This document shows positions 1 through 9,487 of a DNA stretch of 64,000 nucleotides, piece after piece. Numbering within the stretch: position 1 is the first letter of the stretch; the number at the start of each line of letters is the position of its first letter. This DNA comes from Nitrosopumilaceae archaeon (lineage in GTDB: Archaea; Thermoproteota; Nitrososphaeria; Nitrososphaerales; Nitrosopumilaceae). The notes under the pieces are model-generated. The model saw only the letters and a list, made by a program, of their open reading frames with translations. It searched no databases and was not told the DNA's origin. The DNA lies in assembly GCA_965203465.1 (NCBI GenBank), contig CBDBCR010000001.1, forward strand, positions 320,001 through 384,000, in the 5' to 3' direction. A program made the position numbers and the translations under genes.

Positions 1-368
1 GCTAACGGGCGGACGGATGCGTGCAATATGCGCCGGCCGACCCTGCGCCAGTCCCTGGCGGCCGTCACCTCTGTCCTGCCGCGCACTATACTGTACGCGA
101 TGCGCTAGGGGCACCCCGCGGCCGAGCGCGCCCGTCCTGCAGCTCTTTCCGCGAGCGCTCGGGCCTTGGCGGCAACGGGCGGATGACGCCGCTCCGCAAC
201 GCGCGCGCCCAAAGTCGCAGAACGGCGCCGGCTCGCCGGGACGGGCGGGGAAGCGCGTGCGCCGGTTCGGGATTTGTCCGCAAACGGGCCCCGATACAGC
301 GCGCAAAAGAGCCGGTCCAGGTCTTGGACGCGTCCGCTGCCCGACGCGGGGCGGCCTTTGCGGCGAAT

Positions 369-455
369 CCTATAACACCACGCCAAAGCAATTTCCCTCT
401 CGTACTTCGGGCGTAGGCTAGGGTGGAGGGAAATACATCTGAGTGGTGTTATAGG
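369..455. repeat. Imperfect inverted repeat (about 30-bp arms), possible MITE or IS-end remnant
   Basis: CCTATAACACCAC..ATTTCCCTC (369-399) is the reverse complement of GAGGGAAAT..GTGGTGTTATAGG (426-455). The outer 13 bp match perfectly. Confidence 0.6.
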
Positions 456-713
456 TTCCATTTTGCTCTGAAAAATCCCCAGCCGACGCGTATTACATGC
501 GCCCGCGCGGCCTGTCAAGTGCCCAGGGCCCACATTTACACCAGAACAGCAGAACCGCCCGAAAGCTTCAGCCACCTGGATAATTCAAGCCCTGATGCCG
601 CGTGCCGCGCGCACGGCTTAATCAATTTGTCTGGAGCAGGTCGAGTTCAGCCTAGCCCCCCGCTAGGCGCCCCCAGCTCCGCGACGGAGGGCCTTTGGGC
701 CTGTGCTGCCGTC

Positions 714-1640
714 TCATTTCCTGCGCCTTATCGGCACCACGTGTATGGCGCAGTGGCGCGATTCGTCCACGGACGCGCTCGTTTCCAGCTCCAGACTAAA
801 GTCGCTCGCGGACCTGGCCTCCGGATATTCCTCTGCGAGGTGCGCCTCCAGCAAGTCGATCATCATGGCCCGCTCGGGCGGCCTCAGCTCGAAATAGTTG
901 GGCATGTGCCTCTTTGGGACGATGACTACGTGCTGCCCGTAACGCGTGCGCTTTACCTGCGCCGCGCCGGCCAGGAAGTTTTGCATTTTCATCTCGCGCT
1001 TGCACCAACGGCATCCTTTGTGGCCGAACGCCTTGCGGTTGATCTCCTGCAGAAAGTCGAGATCGTCGCGGTCCCTCTTTTGGCTGTTGCACTTGTAGCA
1101 GAGCGCCTGCAGGTTGGACAGCTCGTCCGGGCCGCCCTTGCTCCTCGGCACGATGTGGTCCACCTCGATCGCCCTTTCCAGGCTAGAGACGCCGCAGGCC
1201 ACGCAGCGGCCCCCCGACTTTGCCAAGACCTTGTACCGCATGGAGCCGCTGACTGCCTTGGGGGAGTGGGGCCCGTCGCCGTGCGGCGGGATGCCTTTGC
1301 GCATTTTGTACTCGTTCAGCCTGTGCCTGCACGAAGCCACCAAGTTCTCGCGCTGCCTTTTAGTCAGCCCGGACGCGGTGAGCGTGAACATGCGGTTGCG
1401 ATCCCCGATGCCCGATTCGGTGATCACCCCGTGTTTTTTGAGCGTGCGGCGCGGCCACCTGTTCACTATGTGTATGTAATATTCGAGCTGCGCGTAGTCG
1501 TTCCTCAAAAACTCCCTGGCCGCACCCCAAGCGCTGACCGTGCCGCCGTTCCTCAGCATCTTTTCTATCATGACGGGCTGGTACACGCCGGTCATGCTCA
1601 TCCTGTTCTCTATGAAGTCCATCAGTTCTTTGTAATTCAA
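714..1640 (-). CDS. HNH endonuclease fused to a degenerate HIT-like C-terminal domain
   Basis: CVACG..IEVDHIVPRSKGG..NLQALCYKCN HNH/Zn motif; N-terminal VYQPVMI motif; C-terminal GCRWC, HVVIVPKRH, HCAIHVVP. TTG start at 1640 inferred from a TTAAAT about 25 bp upstream (the ORF track extends to 1682). Confidence 0.8.
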   Translation of the reverse strand: MNYKELMDFIENRMSMTGVYQPVMIEKMLRNGGTVSAWGAAREFLRNDYAQLEYYIHIVNRWPRRTLKKHGVITESGIGDRNRMFTLTASGLTKRQRENLVASCRHRLNEYKMRKGIPPHGDGPHSPKAVSGSMRYKVLAKSGGRCVACGVSSLERAIEVDHIVPRSKGGPDELSNLQALCYKCNSQKRDRDDLDFLQEINRKAFGHKGCRWCKREMKMQNFLAGAAQVKRTRYGQHVVIVPKRHMPNYFELRPPERAMMIDLLEAHLAEEYPEARSASDFSLELETSASVDESRHCAIHVVPIRRRK

Positions 1641-1727
1641 CGCTGTGAGACGGGCGGCATGCAGATTTAAGCATGGCGGCATCCTTCAACCACCTCCTGT
1701 CTTGCGCCAGTCACCGGTAGCCCACGT

Positions 1728-2747
1728 CTACTCGATCATGTATCCTTCCAAGAGGCGGTCCCAGCTGGACGACATCTGACTGTATTCGTATTGGCAGTTC
1801 TTCGCCCTCTCTGGGTGGAGGTAGTCGCCGCCTACCAAGATTCTGTTGTATTCGGGATCGGCGCCGTACGCGTAGCAGGCGATGTTGTAGAACCTCTCTA
1901 TGCTCAGCGAGTGGACGTCGTGGTAGGCGGGCGGCCCCTCCTCTTCGTTCCACTCTTGGCGCCACCAATCAGCCACGTCGATCATCATGTTTACCCCCGT
2001 CTCGTAGCGGGGATCGTAGTCGCCGTAGGTGCGCGACTGGATCAGGGCCGCGAACTGATCCACCGCGTCCTCCTCGAGCCCGGTTATCGGCAGGCCGTAT
2101 ATGTCCACGAGGGCGTGCCCCGTCTCGTGCAGCAGAATGCCGTCCAGCACGTTGTACGCAAAGCTTTCTGGCCTATCTGCGTAGTCGGGATACAGAGCAT
2201 CGCCGTCGTTCAGAACATCGTCTACCAACTCGTAGCACATTGTGATCTTCTTTTCGCTCGGGCTGTAGCGCGCGTTTACTTCGTCGCACTCTGCCCCCTC
2301 GATCAGCACGTCGTACGGCAGCTTGTAGTTTTCGTTGAGCCATTCCGCGTTGTCCTCCAGCAGGTACGTACCCTGCAGGTACGCGGCGGCATCCGGGTAC
2401 GAGGCACTGGGTTCGTACCCTACGTAAAAGTCGCCCTCGTCGGCGTACACCTCGACGGCCCGCACGATGCCGTTGTCCACCAGGAATTGGATGGCCGACA
2501 GGATCTCCCGATCGGACACCTGCCCGTCGGTGTCCGCATCGTCCAAGTACCCGATCATGGCCACCCACAAGAGCTCGGCTTCGGATATGTGGCCCGCTAC
2601 GTACAGCTCAAAGACGTGCTCCATCCATTCTAGCACCCAGGTGCCGGGCCGGGCGTGCGCCTCGCCCAAAAGCTCGTCCACCTGGCCGCGCGCCTCCAGC
2701 GCCGAGGCGCACGCGAGCGCCGCGACCGCCAAGCACGCCCACCGCAT
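1728..2747 (-). CDS. Secreted zinc metallopeptidase (DUF4344-like)
   Basis: Signal peptide MRWACLAVAALACASA; HETGH (HExxH) followed by LPITGLEEDAVDQFA and ERFYNIACYAYG. Confidence 0.8.
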   Translation of the reverse strand: MRWACLAVAALACASALEARGQVDELLGEAHARPGTWVLEWMEHVFELYVAGHISEAELLWVAMIGYLDDADTDGQVSDREILSAIQFLVDNGIVRAVEVYADEGDFYVGYEPSASYPDAAAYLQGTYLLEDNAEWLNENYKLPYDVLIEGAECDEVNARYSPSEKKITMCYELVDDVLNDGDALYPDYADRPESFAYNVLDGILLHETGHALVDIYGLPITGLEEDAVDQFAALIQSRTYGDYDPRYETGVNMMIDVADWWRQEWNEEEGPPAYHDVHSLSIERFYNIACYAYGADPEYNRILVGGDYLHPERAKNCQYEYSQMSSSWDRLLEGYMIE

Positions 2748-2847
2748 ACCCAACTCGGGCGGGCCGCGCCGCTTGCCATATGAACCGAACCCGCGCATTT
2801 TATCTTTAAATAAGGAACGGGCCGAATACGAACGCTTGGCACGCATC

Positions 2848-4443
2848 ATGATACTGGCCGTCCTGCTCGCCGCCGCGCCGGCCCTCGCCTACGGCCACGG
2901 CCTCGGCGCCGACCAGGCCCCCCCGATAACCTTCGAGGGCATGGACGTGACCATACGCACCGAGCTGACCCCGTCGGACATCACGGCCGGCCAGTTCGAG
3001 GACGCCAACATCGGGATACGCTTCTTCGACGAGCGCACCGACGCCAACCTGCGCGACGTGACCTACCGCGTGGAGATATACCGCAGCCAGGACCTGCTGG
3101 CGAGGGACCTGTTCTACGACACCGACGGCGAGCTCAACGTCGAGGTAAGGCCCGTCCCCTCGTGCGCGCAGGACCCGCTCTGGCAGTGCACAAAGACGTA
3201 CGGCGAGACGCACCCCATAGCCGGGGCGCTGTTCGCCCGCGGAGAGGGGCGGCCCATAATAGAGGGGCCCATATTCGACAAGGGCGGCCTGTACAACATA
3301 CGGGTGGACATCGAGGGCGCCTCTAGCCCGAGGACGCTGGTCGGCGAGCCGCTCAGCTTCGAGACGTTCGTCAGCGTCGCGCAGGACCAGAACTTCCTGA
3401 TACAGACGGCAGACGCGCAGGAGGTGCCCGTGACCGTAAAGACCTACTACGACGACGTGACCTCGCTGGAATACTCGGATGCGGACGACTCGATCACCTT
3501 CGAGATGCCCTTCGACTGGGATCCGGGCTACATATCGCAGGTGCAGGTGGTCCACGAGGAGGTCAGGATACCCAAGGACTTTGCCCCGTACGCGCCCGGC
3601 TCGTCCTTCGAGGGGTACGTAAACGGCGTAAAGGTGGCGAGCCGCGCCCTGCTGCTCGACCCGTACAGCTCCGACGAGCAGAACATACTGCACTTCCTGG
3701 TCACGAACTCAGAGCTGGAGAGGATAAACGGGATACTCGGGGAAGAAAACCACGCCTCGGGCTCCATGACGTTCAGGCTGGTGCCCACCTCCGAGGCCGG
3801 CCTGGAGTCGGCCGAGTTCTACCTGGTGGACGTGCAGTCGGGCGAGCGCTCGGGGGCCAACGTGGGCCTGAGCTGGGACGGCCGGTCCGCCGGGCCCGTC
3901 CCGGTGAGCATCTCGTTCCGCGACGATTCGGGGGCCCTCATACGGGACGCAAAGTACGCGTACTTTTTGATGGACCGGGGCGGCCGGACGGTGCAGTCGG
4001 GCGGCGACGATCCGGCAGACCCGGGAATAGAGGCGTTCGAGGGCATCGACGTGCAGCGCCTCGAGGTGCGGCCCGGCCAGCCGTACCGGCTCGACGTGTG
4101 GCTCTTGGGGAGGGGGCTGGACCTGGACCAGGCCAACGCGGGGATAGGCTCGGCGCTCATCGAGGTGGGCCCGCCGGCGCTGCCCTCGTGGATAAAGACC
4201 AACGCGGGCCTGTGGGCCTCGGGCCAGATAGACGACGGCACGTTCGTCGGCGCCATCCAGTACCTGATCAGCGAGGGGATAATATCGGTGCCGCCAGGCT
4301 CTGCGCCTTCCGGTTCGGCCGACGGGATACCGGGCTGGGTGCGCTCCAACGCGCAGCTGTGGGCCTCTGATCAGATAGACGACGCCACGTTTACCGGCGG
4401 GCTGCAGTGGATGGTCTCCAACGGGATAATCGATGTGCCATGA
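2848..4443 (+). CDS. Secreted thaumarchaeal protein with C-terminal P(S/G)W(I/V)xxNAxxWA repeats
   Basis: Signal peptide MILAVLLAAAPALAYG; two repeats LPSWIKTNAGLWASGQIDD and IPGWVRSNAQLWASDQIDD; divergent from the peptidase across TTTAAATA at about 2805. Confidence 0.8.
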   Translation: MILAVLLAAAPALAYGHGLGADQAPPITFEGMDVTIRTELTPSDITAGQFEDANIGIRFFDERTDANLRDVTYRVEIYRSQDLLARDLFYDTDGELNVEVRPVPSCAQDPLWQCTKTYGETHPIAGALFARGEGRPIIEGPIFDKGGLYNIRVDIEGASSPRTLVGEPLSFETFVSVAQDQNFLIQTADAQEVPVTVKTYYDDVTSLEYSDADDSITFEMPFDWDPGYISQVQVVHEEVRIPKDFAPYAPGSSFEGYVNGVKVASRALLLDPYSSDEQNILHFLVTNSELERINGILGEENHASGSMTFRLVPTSEAGLESAEFYLVDVQSGERSGANVGLSWDGRSAGPVPVSISFRDDSGALIRDAKYAYFLMDRGGRTVQSGGDDPADPGIEAFEGIDVQRLEVRPGQPYRLDVWLLGRGLDLDQANAGIGSALIEVGPPALPSWIKTNAGLWASGQIDDGTFVGAIQYLISEGIISVPPGSAPSGSADGIPGWVRSNAQLWASDQIDDATFTGGLQWMVSNGIIDVP

Positions 4444-4646
4444 GGGACATCAACGACGTGCTGCCGCCGGTCCCGGACATGAAGTGGGGGGCCCTTACCA
4501 ACGTGCCGCCCACGCGCCGGCGCATACGCGAGATGGACAGGGTGTTCCCGGCCAACGGGCGCTGGCACACCGTCTTCGAGGACGCCGAAAAGGTGCACGT
4601 CGACGGGGCGGTGATCTGGAAAAAGAGACCAGAGTCGTGGACCTGA
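4440..4646 (+). CDS. Small hypothetical protein (68 aa)
   Basis: ATGA overlap with the upstream stop and abuts the rhomboid ATG, so operon-like coupling. Confidence 0.7.
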   Translation: MRDINDVLPPVPDMKWGALTNVPPTRRRIREMDRVFPANGRWHTVFEDAEKVHVDGAVIWKKRPESWT

Positions 4647-5399
4647 ATGATACCGCTGCGCGACGACACGCCGCACCCGCCCGGCTTCAAGCCGCGCCTC
4701 ACGCAGGCGCTCATCGTGGCCAACGTGGCCGTCTTTTTCTTGGAGGTGGCCGTCACGGGGCAGTTTCTCGACTTTACCAACCGCAACGCGGCGGTCATGT
4801 TCTACCAGTGGGGGGCCGTCCCCGCCTGCATAACGGGCCTGGACGCCGAGGTGCCCTGCCAGCCCGAGCCGTACCTGGGCCTGCTTACGTCCACGTTCAT
4901 GCACGGCGGGCTGCTGCACCTGGGGGGCAACATGCTGTTTTTGTGGATTTTCGCGGACAACATAGAGGCGAAACTGGGCCGCCTGAAGTTTTTGGGGGTG
5001 TACCTTGCCTGGGGGGTCGGCGCCGGCCTCATACATGTGGCCGCCGACCCGGCCAGCCCGATACCTGCGGTGGGTGCCTCAGGGGCCATATCGGGGGTGC
5101 TCGGGGCGTACCTGATGATCTTTCCGCGCGCCCGGATACTGACGTTCGTGTTTTTGGGGTTTTTCATGCAGATGATACGGATACCGGCAAAGTGGTTCCT
5201 TCCGTTCTGGCTGGTGTTTCAGAACTTGCTGCCCTTTTTCATAGGGGGCTTCGGGCTGGGCTTGGACGGCGGGGGCGGGGTGGCCTACATGGCCCACATC
5301 GGCGGGTTCGCCCTGGGCTTGGCCGGCGGGTACCTGTACAAGCGCACGCACACCGACCAGTTCACCTACGGGACGCGGTACGGGTGGAGGGGGGACTAG
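4647..5399 (+). CDS. Rhomboid-family intramembrane serine protease
   Basis: MIPLRD start, FMHGGLLHLGGNM, catalytic GASG, AHIGG; multiple TM helices. Confidence 0.93.
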   Translation: MIPLRDDTPHPPGFKPRLTQALIVANVAVFFLEVAVTGQFLDFTNRNAAVMFYQWGAVPACITGLDAEVPCQPEPYLGLLTSTFMHGGLLHLGGNMLFLWIFADNIEAKLGRLKFLGVYLAWGVGAGLIHVAADPASPIPAVGASGAISGVLGAYLMIFPRARILTFVFLGFFMQMIRIPAKWFLPFWLVFQNLLPFFIGGFGLGLDGGGGVAYMAHIGGFALGLAGGYLYKRTHTDQFTYGTRYGWRGD

Positions 5400-5414
5400 G
5401 CCGGACAGGCGCGG

Positions 5415-5786
5415 CTTTTCCGCTCTGCGGCCCCATTGAAGCGTTCTGTACATGTCCTCGATCGGCGTCTAGACTTTCCGCAACCGCTCTGCGGCCCCAT
5501 TGAAGCTACGACACTGTGGACACACCGCGGTATCTGGGCCGCATCTTTCCGCAACGTGTTGCGGCCCCATTGAAGATCGTTGTACGGATCCTTCAGGAAC
5601 ACCATCATCTCGCCTTCTGCAACTTTCAAGTTGCGGCTCCATTGAAGAGGCCCCTCTCCGAGCCCGAGTGCCTTCTGCTTGTTTTTCCCGCAACCCTGTT
5701 GCGGCCCCATTGAAGCGGCGGCTTGCTCTGGTCTATGGCGAGCACCGCGTCCGCCTTCCGCAGCCAAAGTTGCGGCCCCGTTGGAG
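5415..5786 (+). CRISPR. Degenerate orphan CRISPR array, 6 repeats / 5 spacers
   Basis: Repeats CTTTCCGCAAC-loop-GTTGCGGCCCCATTGAAG at 5415-5441, 5474-5505, 5545-5575, 5613-5647, about 5683-5715 and 5754-5786. Unique spacers of about 32-39 nt. The ATTGAAG 3' end indicates + orientation. Confidence 0.85.
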
Positions 5787-5949
5787 CTGGTTCGATCTGG
5801 CGTCCGAGCGGATCGTGCAGGTTTCATGGATGATCCGGCCGCGGGCCGATCTCTCGGCCCCGTGCGGCACGCGGCTGAAGGCCGGGCGCGGCGCGCGCTT
5901 TTGCAATCTGCGCGCCGCTATCTCCCCTTTGTCCCCAGAGTCGCCTTGT

Positions 5950-6298
5950 GCAGGCCGCACTCGAAACGGAAACCGCCGAGCAGGCCAGGCCAAACAGCAA
6001 AGTCCGTCTCGTCTCCGCTGCCCGAATCCGGCTTCAAAACCCCCATGTCAACGTTACGCAGGTTGTATGGCCGGCTCCCGCGTCCGCCAAGAAACGGATC
6101 TTGCCAAAACCGCATTCGAGCAGCGGCGGGCTGGCGACCGTGCCGTTGATCCCGATCGGCGCGCCGCCCACCTTCGTTGCTGTTTTCATACGCGTCCCGC
6201 TTGTTGCCTACACGCGGTTCTTTGCGGACCGCTAGAACAGCCGCCCTACCTCTTGCCTGTTGATGCGGTCTATGACCACGTTTCTCCTGTCGATCCCC
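5950..6298. repeat. Diverged direct repeat, copy 1 (partner 8749-8998)
   Basis: Shared blocks GCAGGCCGCACYCGAAACGGAAACCRCCGAGC, CTCGTCTCYGCYGCCCGAATC and GCTAGAAC..TGCCTGTTGATGCGG..CACGTTTCTCCYGTCGATCCCC. Confidence 0.75.
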
Positions 6299-6555
6299 TT
6301 CCTGTCGATCTCTTCCAAAAGTTCCGAAAAGTCCTCGTGGCTGGCGCGGACCTTTTTGCCGAGGACGGCTACGTACATGTCGCCGTAGTCTTTTTTGAGC
6401 GCCTCGCGGTTGTCCACCACCCACCCCGTATCGGCGCTGAATCTTGCAAGATCGGCGCATATCTGGTCGTAGTTTTTGGCGATCATCTCTTTCGCCTCTT
6501 TTACGTGCGGCAAGGACTCTCCTTCTCCCACGTACACGATGCTGGGACGGCTCAA
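6232..6555 (-). CDS. DUF5678-like small protein
   Basis: WVVDNREALKKDYGDMYVAVLGKKVRASHEDFSELLEEI matches the recalled DUF5678 pattern (L..Y.G.YVAV....V......EL). Confidence 0.65.
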   Translation of the reverse strand: MSRPSIVYVGEGESLPHVKEAKEMIAKNYDQICADLARFSADTGWVVDNREALKKDYGDMYVAVLGKKVRASHEDFSELLEEIDRKGIDRRNVVIDRINRQEVGRLF

Positions 6556-6726
6556 CCGGCATGCTTTCTTCGGGCCTGCATAAAAAACCGCCGGATTGCA
6601 GGGGGCATGGGCGCCGGCGCGAATTCGCAGGACGGCCCCCGACTAGGCACGGCTTGGCGGGCAGCCTCCGAGCCCGGTTCTTGCCGGTATCTGGAGGCAC
6701 AAATACGGACTTGCGGCATATCGGGC

Positions 6727-6927
6727 ATGGAATACGACGCAAGGGGCGTGCTCAAGATGCACGGCAACCCGTACACGGCGGTCGAGGCAATCATGCGCTG
6801 GGATCACTTGAGCTTGGACGAAGCCGTCGAGTCGGTGAGGGCCGCCGCCGGCATGGTCGAACAGAGGTACGTGGACAATTTCAGGCGGCTGCTGGCCAAA
6901 GCTGAACGCGCTTCCCGGTCTGGGTGA
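6727..6927 (+). CDS. 66-aa protein homologous to the N-terminus of the ART-like ORF at 45413-46231
   Basis: MEYDARGVLKMHGNPYTAVEAIMRWDHLSLDEAVESVRAA aligns with MGFDAKPVLEGYGGPNAVDAMTRWANLTREDAEKAVLAA. Confidence 0.65.
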   Translation: MEYDARGVLKMHGNPYTAVEAIMRWDHLSLDEAVESVRAAAGMVEQRYVDNFRRLLAKAERASRSG

Positions 6928-7054
6928 GGGACCGGCCGCCGTCTTGGAATCATCGTCCGCCGCTTGGCCCCTCCGCGAAGATCCGGGCCTCCGCGCAGGC
7001 CGCGCCTTCCCGGGCTGGCTCCGCGGGGCGGCGCCGTCCGGCGGGCCCGGCCCG

Positions 7055-8635
7055 CTAACGGCCGAAAAAGCGCCGGGCGGGGTGCGACCCCATGCCGACG
7101 CTCTCGGGCCAGCCCTCCCTGCCCAGCCGCTCGGCTATCTTTCTTGCCTCCGGCACCCGGCGCGCGTACCCGAACATGTCCATGCACCTGTCCAGCAGGC
7201 CGGCCCGCTCGAGCTCCTTGGCCGGGAACATGTCCGTTTCGTGCTCTTTCCACCACTTGATCCACAGGTACACGTGCAGCGCTTTGGGGGCGATGTACAG
7301 CTCGGCGCGGCCCTGTACTATCTTCCTGTCCCGCATCCTTGCCAGCAGGGGGCCGAACAGGCCTTCGGGCACCGCCCCCTTGGCCGCCAGCAGCCCGCGT
7401 ATGCGGGCGAGCTCGCCCTCGTTTCCGAGCCTGCTGAACAGGCTCAGCCACGTCATGGCGCCGAGCCTGTCCTCGAATTGGGGGCCGTCGCCCCAGGCCC
7501 GCTTGTCCGCTATGTACCTGCCCCACACGTCCACCGTGTCGGGGGGCGCAAGTACGTCTTGCGGGTTGTCTCTCAGGTTCTGCCCCACCGTGTGGGCGGC
7601 CCGCGCCGACCTGCCGCAAAATTCGGCCCACTCGCCCAGATCCGGCGCGTCCCCGACGTAATGCCGCAGTACCTGCTCCGTGCCGGCCCGATCGAGGCCC
7701 CCTACTTCGAGGCGCCCGGCCGGCCCCTCGCCGTTACAGATAGTCACCAGCCGGACGCCCTTTTTCCTCCCCAGCCTGTCGTGCAGGTCCGCCTGGCAGG
7801 CAAAGTCGCACCCGTCCACCACCAGTATCGCCCCCGATTCGCCGCCGCACAGGCCTGCAAAAAAGCCCCGCCCCGCCAGCGCCGACGGGCCGTCCGCGTA
7901 CACCACGAGGGGGCGCAGATCGTCCGTGTCCGTCGCCTCCAGGACCAGCCGGGTCTTGCCGGACCCCGGCGCCCCGCCGATCCTGATGTGCGCCGGTCCG
8001 GGCCCGCGCAGCTCTGCCCTTATCTGGGCTATCTGATCCTCCTGCTCTTTTCCGCGGTGGAACTTGCGCCTCATCTCGGCCTGCTGCGACCAGTCTTCGT
8101 GGAGCAGAAAGCCGGCGTTCTCCACGCCTAGCACCTTTAGCCGGAGCGAGGGGAAACGGCGCAGAAACCCAGCGATCGCGCCCCGGTCCCACACCTCCAC
8201 GGACGCCCCGGCGTACCTCGGATCGAAGCCCTCGAGGTGCCCGGCGATCTCGTCCCCCGCTCCGCCCGGCTCGTCCTGCCCGGTGAGCGCGACCACCAGC
8301 GTGCCGTTTTCGTCGAGGCACGACTTTATCCTGCTCTTGATCTTTTCCCCGTCGAACAGGATCTCCTTGAGGCCGCGCCGCCCGATTTTTCCGGGCTTTA
8401 CCCGGTAGCACGTGAGGCCCTTTTTTACGATCCCGTGCCTGCCGCCTTTAGGCGCGCCGCGCACGACCCCGTCGACGCCGCCGTTGGGCGAGCCCGACGC
8501 CTGAGGCACGTCTATCCGGTCGTACGGGATGCCCGAGGCGCGCGCGTCGGCGTATATCAGATCCCTGAGCAGGCAGACGGCCTCGCCCTGCCCCATCGCG
8601 TCCATGTGCTCCGGCCCGACCTCGAATGCGCACAA
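7055..8635 (-). CDS. STAND-like P-loop NTPase with N-terminal degenerate REase-like domain, probably truncated
   Basis: NGGVDGVV..TCYRVK (PD-(D/E)xK-like), VWDRGAIAGFLRRFPSL linker, Walker A GAPGSGKT, Walker B-like ILVVDGC, then a helical region. Confidence 0.7.
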   Translation of the reverse strand: MCAFEVGPEHMDAMGQGEAVCLLRDLIYADARASGIPYDRIDVPQASGSPNGGVDGVVRGAPKGGRHGIVKKGLTCYRVKPGKIGRRGLKEILFDGEKIKSRIKSCLDENGTLVVALTGQDEPGGAGDEIAGHLEGFDPRYAGASVEVWDRGAIAGFLRRFPSLRLKVLGVENAGFLLHEDWSQQAEMRRKFHRGKEQEDQIAQIRAELRGPGPAHIRIGGAPGSGKTRLVLEATDTDDLRPLVVYADGPSALAGRGFFAGLCGGESGAILVVDGCDFACQADLHDRLGRKKGVRLVTICNGEGPAGRLEVGGLDRAGTEQVLRHYVGDAPDLGEWAEFCGRSARAAHTVGQNLRDNPQDVLAPPDTVDVWGRYIADKRAWGDGPQFEDRLGAMTWLSLFSRLGNEGELARIRGLLAAKGAVPEGLFGPLLARMRDRKIVQGRAELYIAPKALHVYLWIKWWKEHETDMFPAKELERAGLLDRCMDMFGYARRVPEARKIAERLGREGWPESVGMGSHPARRFFGR

Positions 8636-8748
8636 CGTGGGCTGTCGGAGGGCCGGCGCTATAAAAATCGCGTGGCGGCCCGTTCCGGCAACGGCTGCAA
8701 CCTCCGCGGCCGGGCGCGCCTGTTCGACTCTTTCCGGAGCCGCCTCCG

Positions 8749-8998
8749 GCAGGCCGCACCCGAAACGGAAACCACCGAGCGGATCCGTGGCAAAGCCTGC
8801 CTCGTCTCTGCCGCCCGAATCAGGCTTAAACCGTGTCGACGTTTCGCAGGATGGGCACGTGAGAACGCCGGCGACGCGTTCGTGCGTACGTCACGCGCGC
8901 AGCTTGCACACGATCCTTCGCGCAAACCACGCTAGAACGTCAGCTCCGCATACTGCCTGTTGATGCGGCTTATGGGCACGTTTCTCCCGTCGATCCCC
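8749..8998. repeat. Diverged direct repeat, copy 2 (3' remnant of the DUF5678-like gene plus downstream DNA)
   Basis: The minus strand reads GIDGRNVPISRINRQYAELTF* versus GIDRRNVVIDRINRQEVGRLF* in copy 1. Confidence 0.75.
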
Positions 8999-9487
8999 GC
9001 GGAGTGGCAGTGCCAAAGGCTAGCGCGAGGCCCACCAGACGGAGATTACGCGCTACCTCTACTGCGACACCCCCATGGAAAGAGGAAACCATAATTTGTC
9101 TCGGAGTTCGTCTAGGCCTCTTAAGTTGACTATCAAGATCGACCACATGGCGGTTCTGCACATCGGACTATCCACCTGACTCATAGAGATAGGGCAGTCA
9201 TACACCACGGCGTTTTTTTGCACATGTCGTACAGTCTGATTATTTTTGTCAACCTCGCGTGAGACGATGTTGGCATTTATGACTATAGTTGGCATAAACC
9301 ATTGCTCCCACCTATTTTTGTCTAACGGGCCTGGGCGTTTCAAATACTCTTCAGCTACGCAGAACGTTTCTCTTGCGATCTGACATGCCACATCTAACAG
9401 CGAGCCGCCGAGCTTCCATACACCGTTGTTGTGTTTTTTGAACACTTGGCCTTGGGCATATCTGTGTGTCTCTAGACGAAGGTTATA

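Noticed and set aside
5442-5473. Self-targeting of spacer 1 (reverse complement shares CGATCGAGGACAT with about 50116-50128)
   Set aside because: Only 13 nt match and the flanks do not extend; compatible with chance.
5918-6230. Aspartyl-protease partner gene downstream of the DUF5678-like ORF
   Set aside because: Only a vague C-terminal resemblance, with no DTG motif or clean start; left as part of the repeat.
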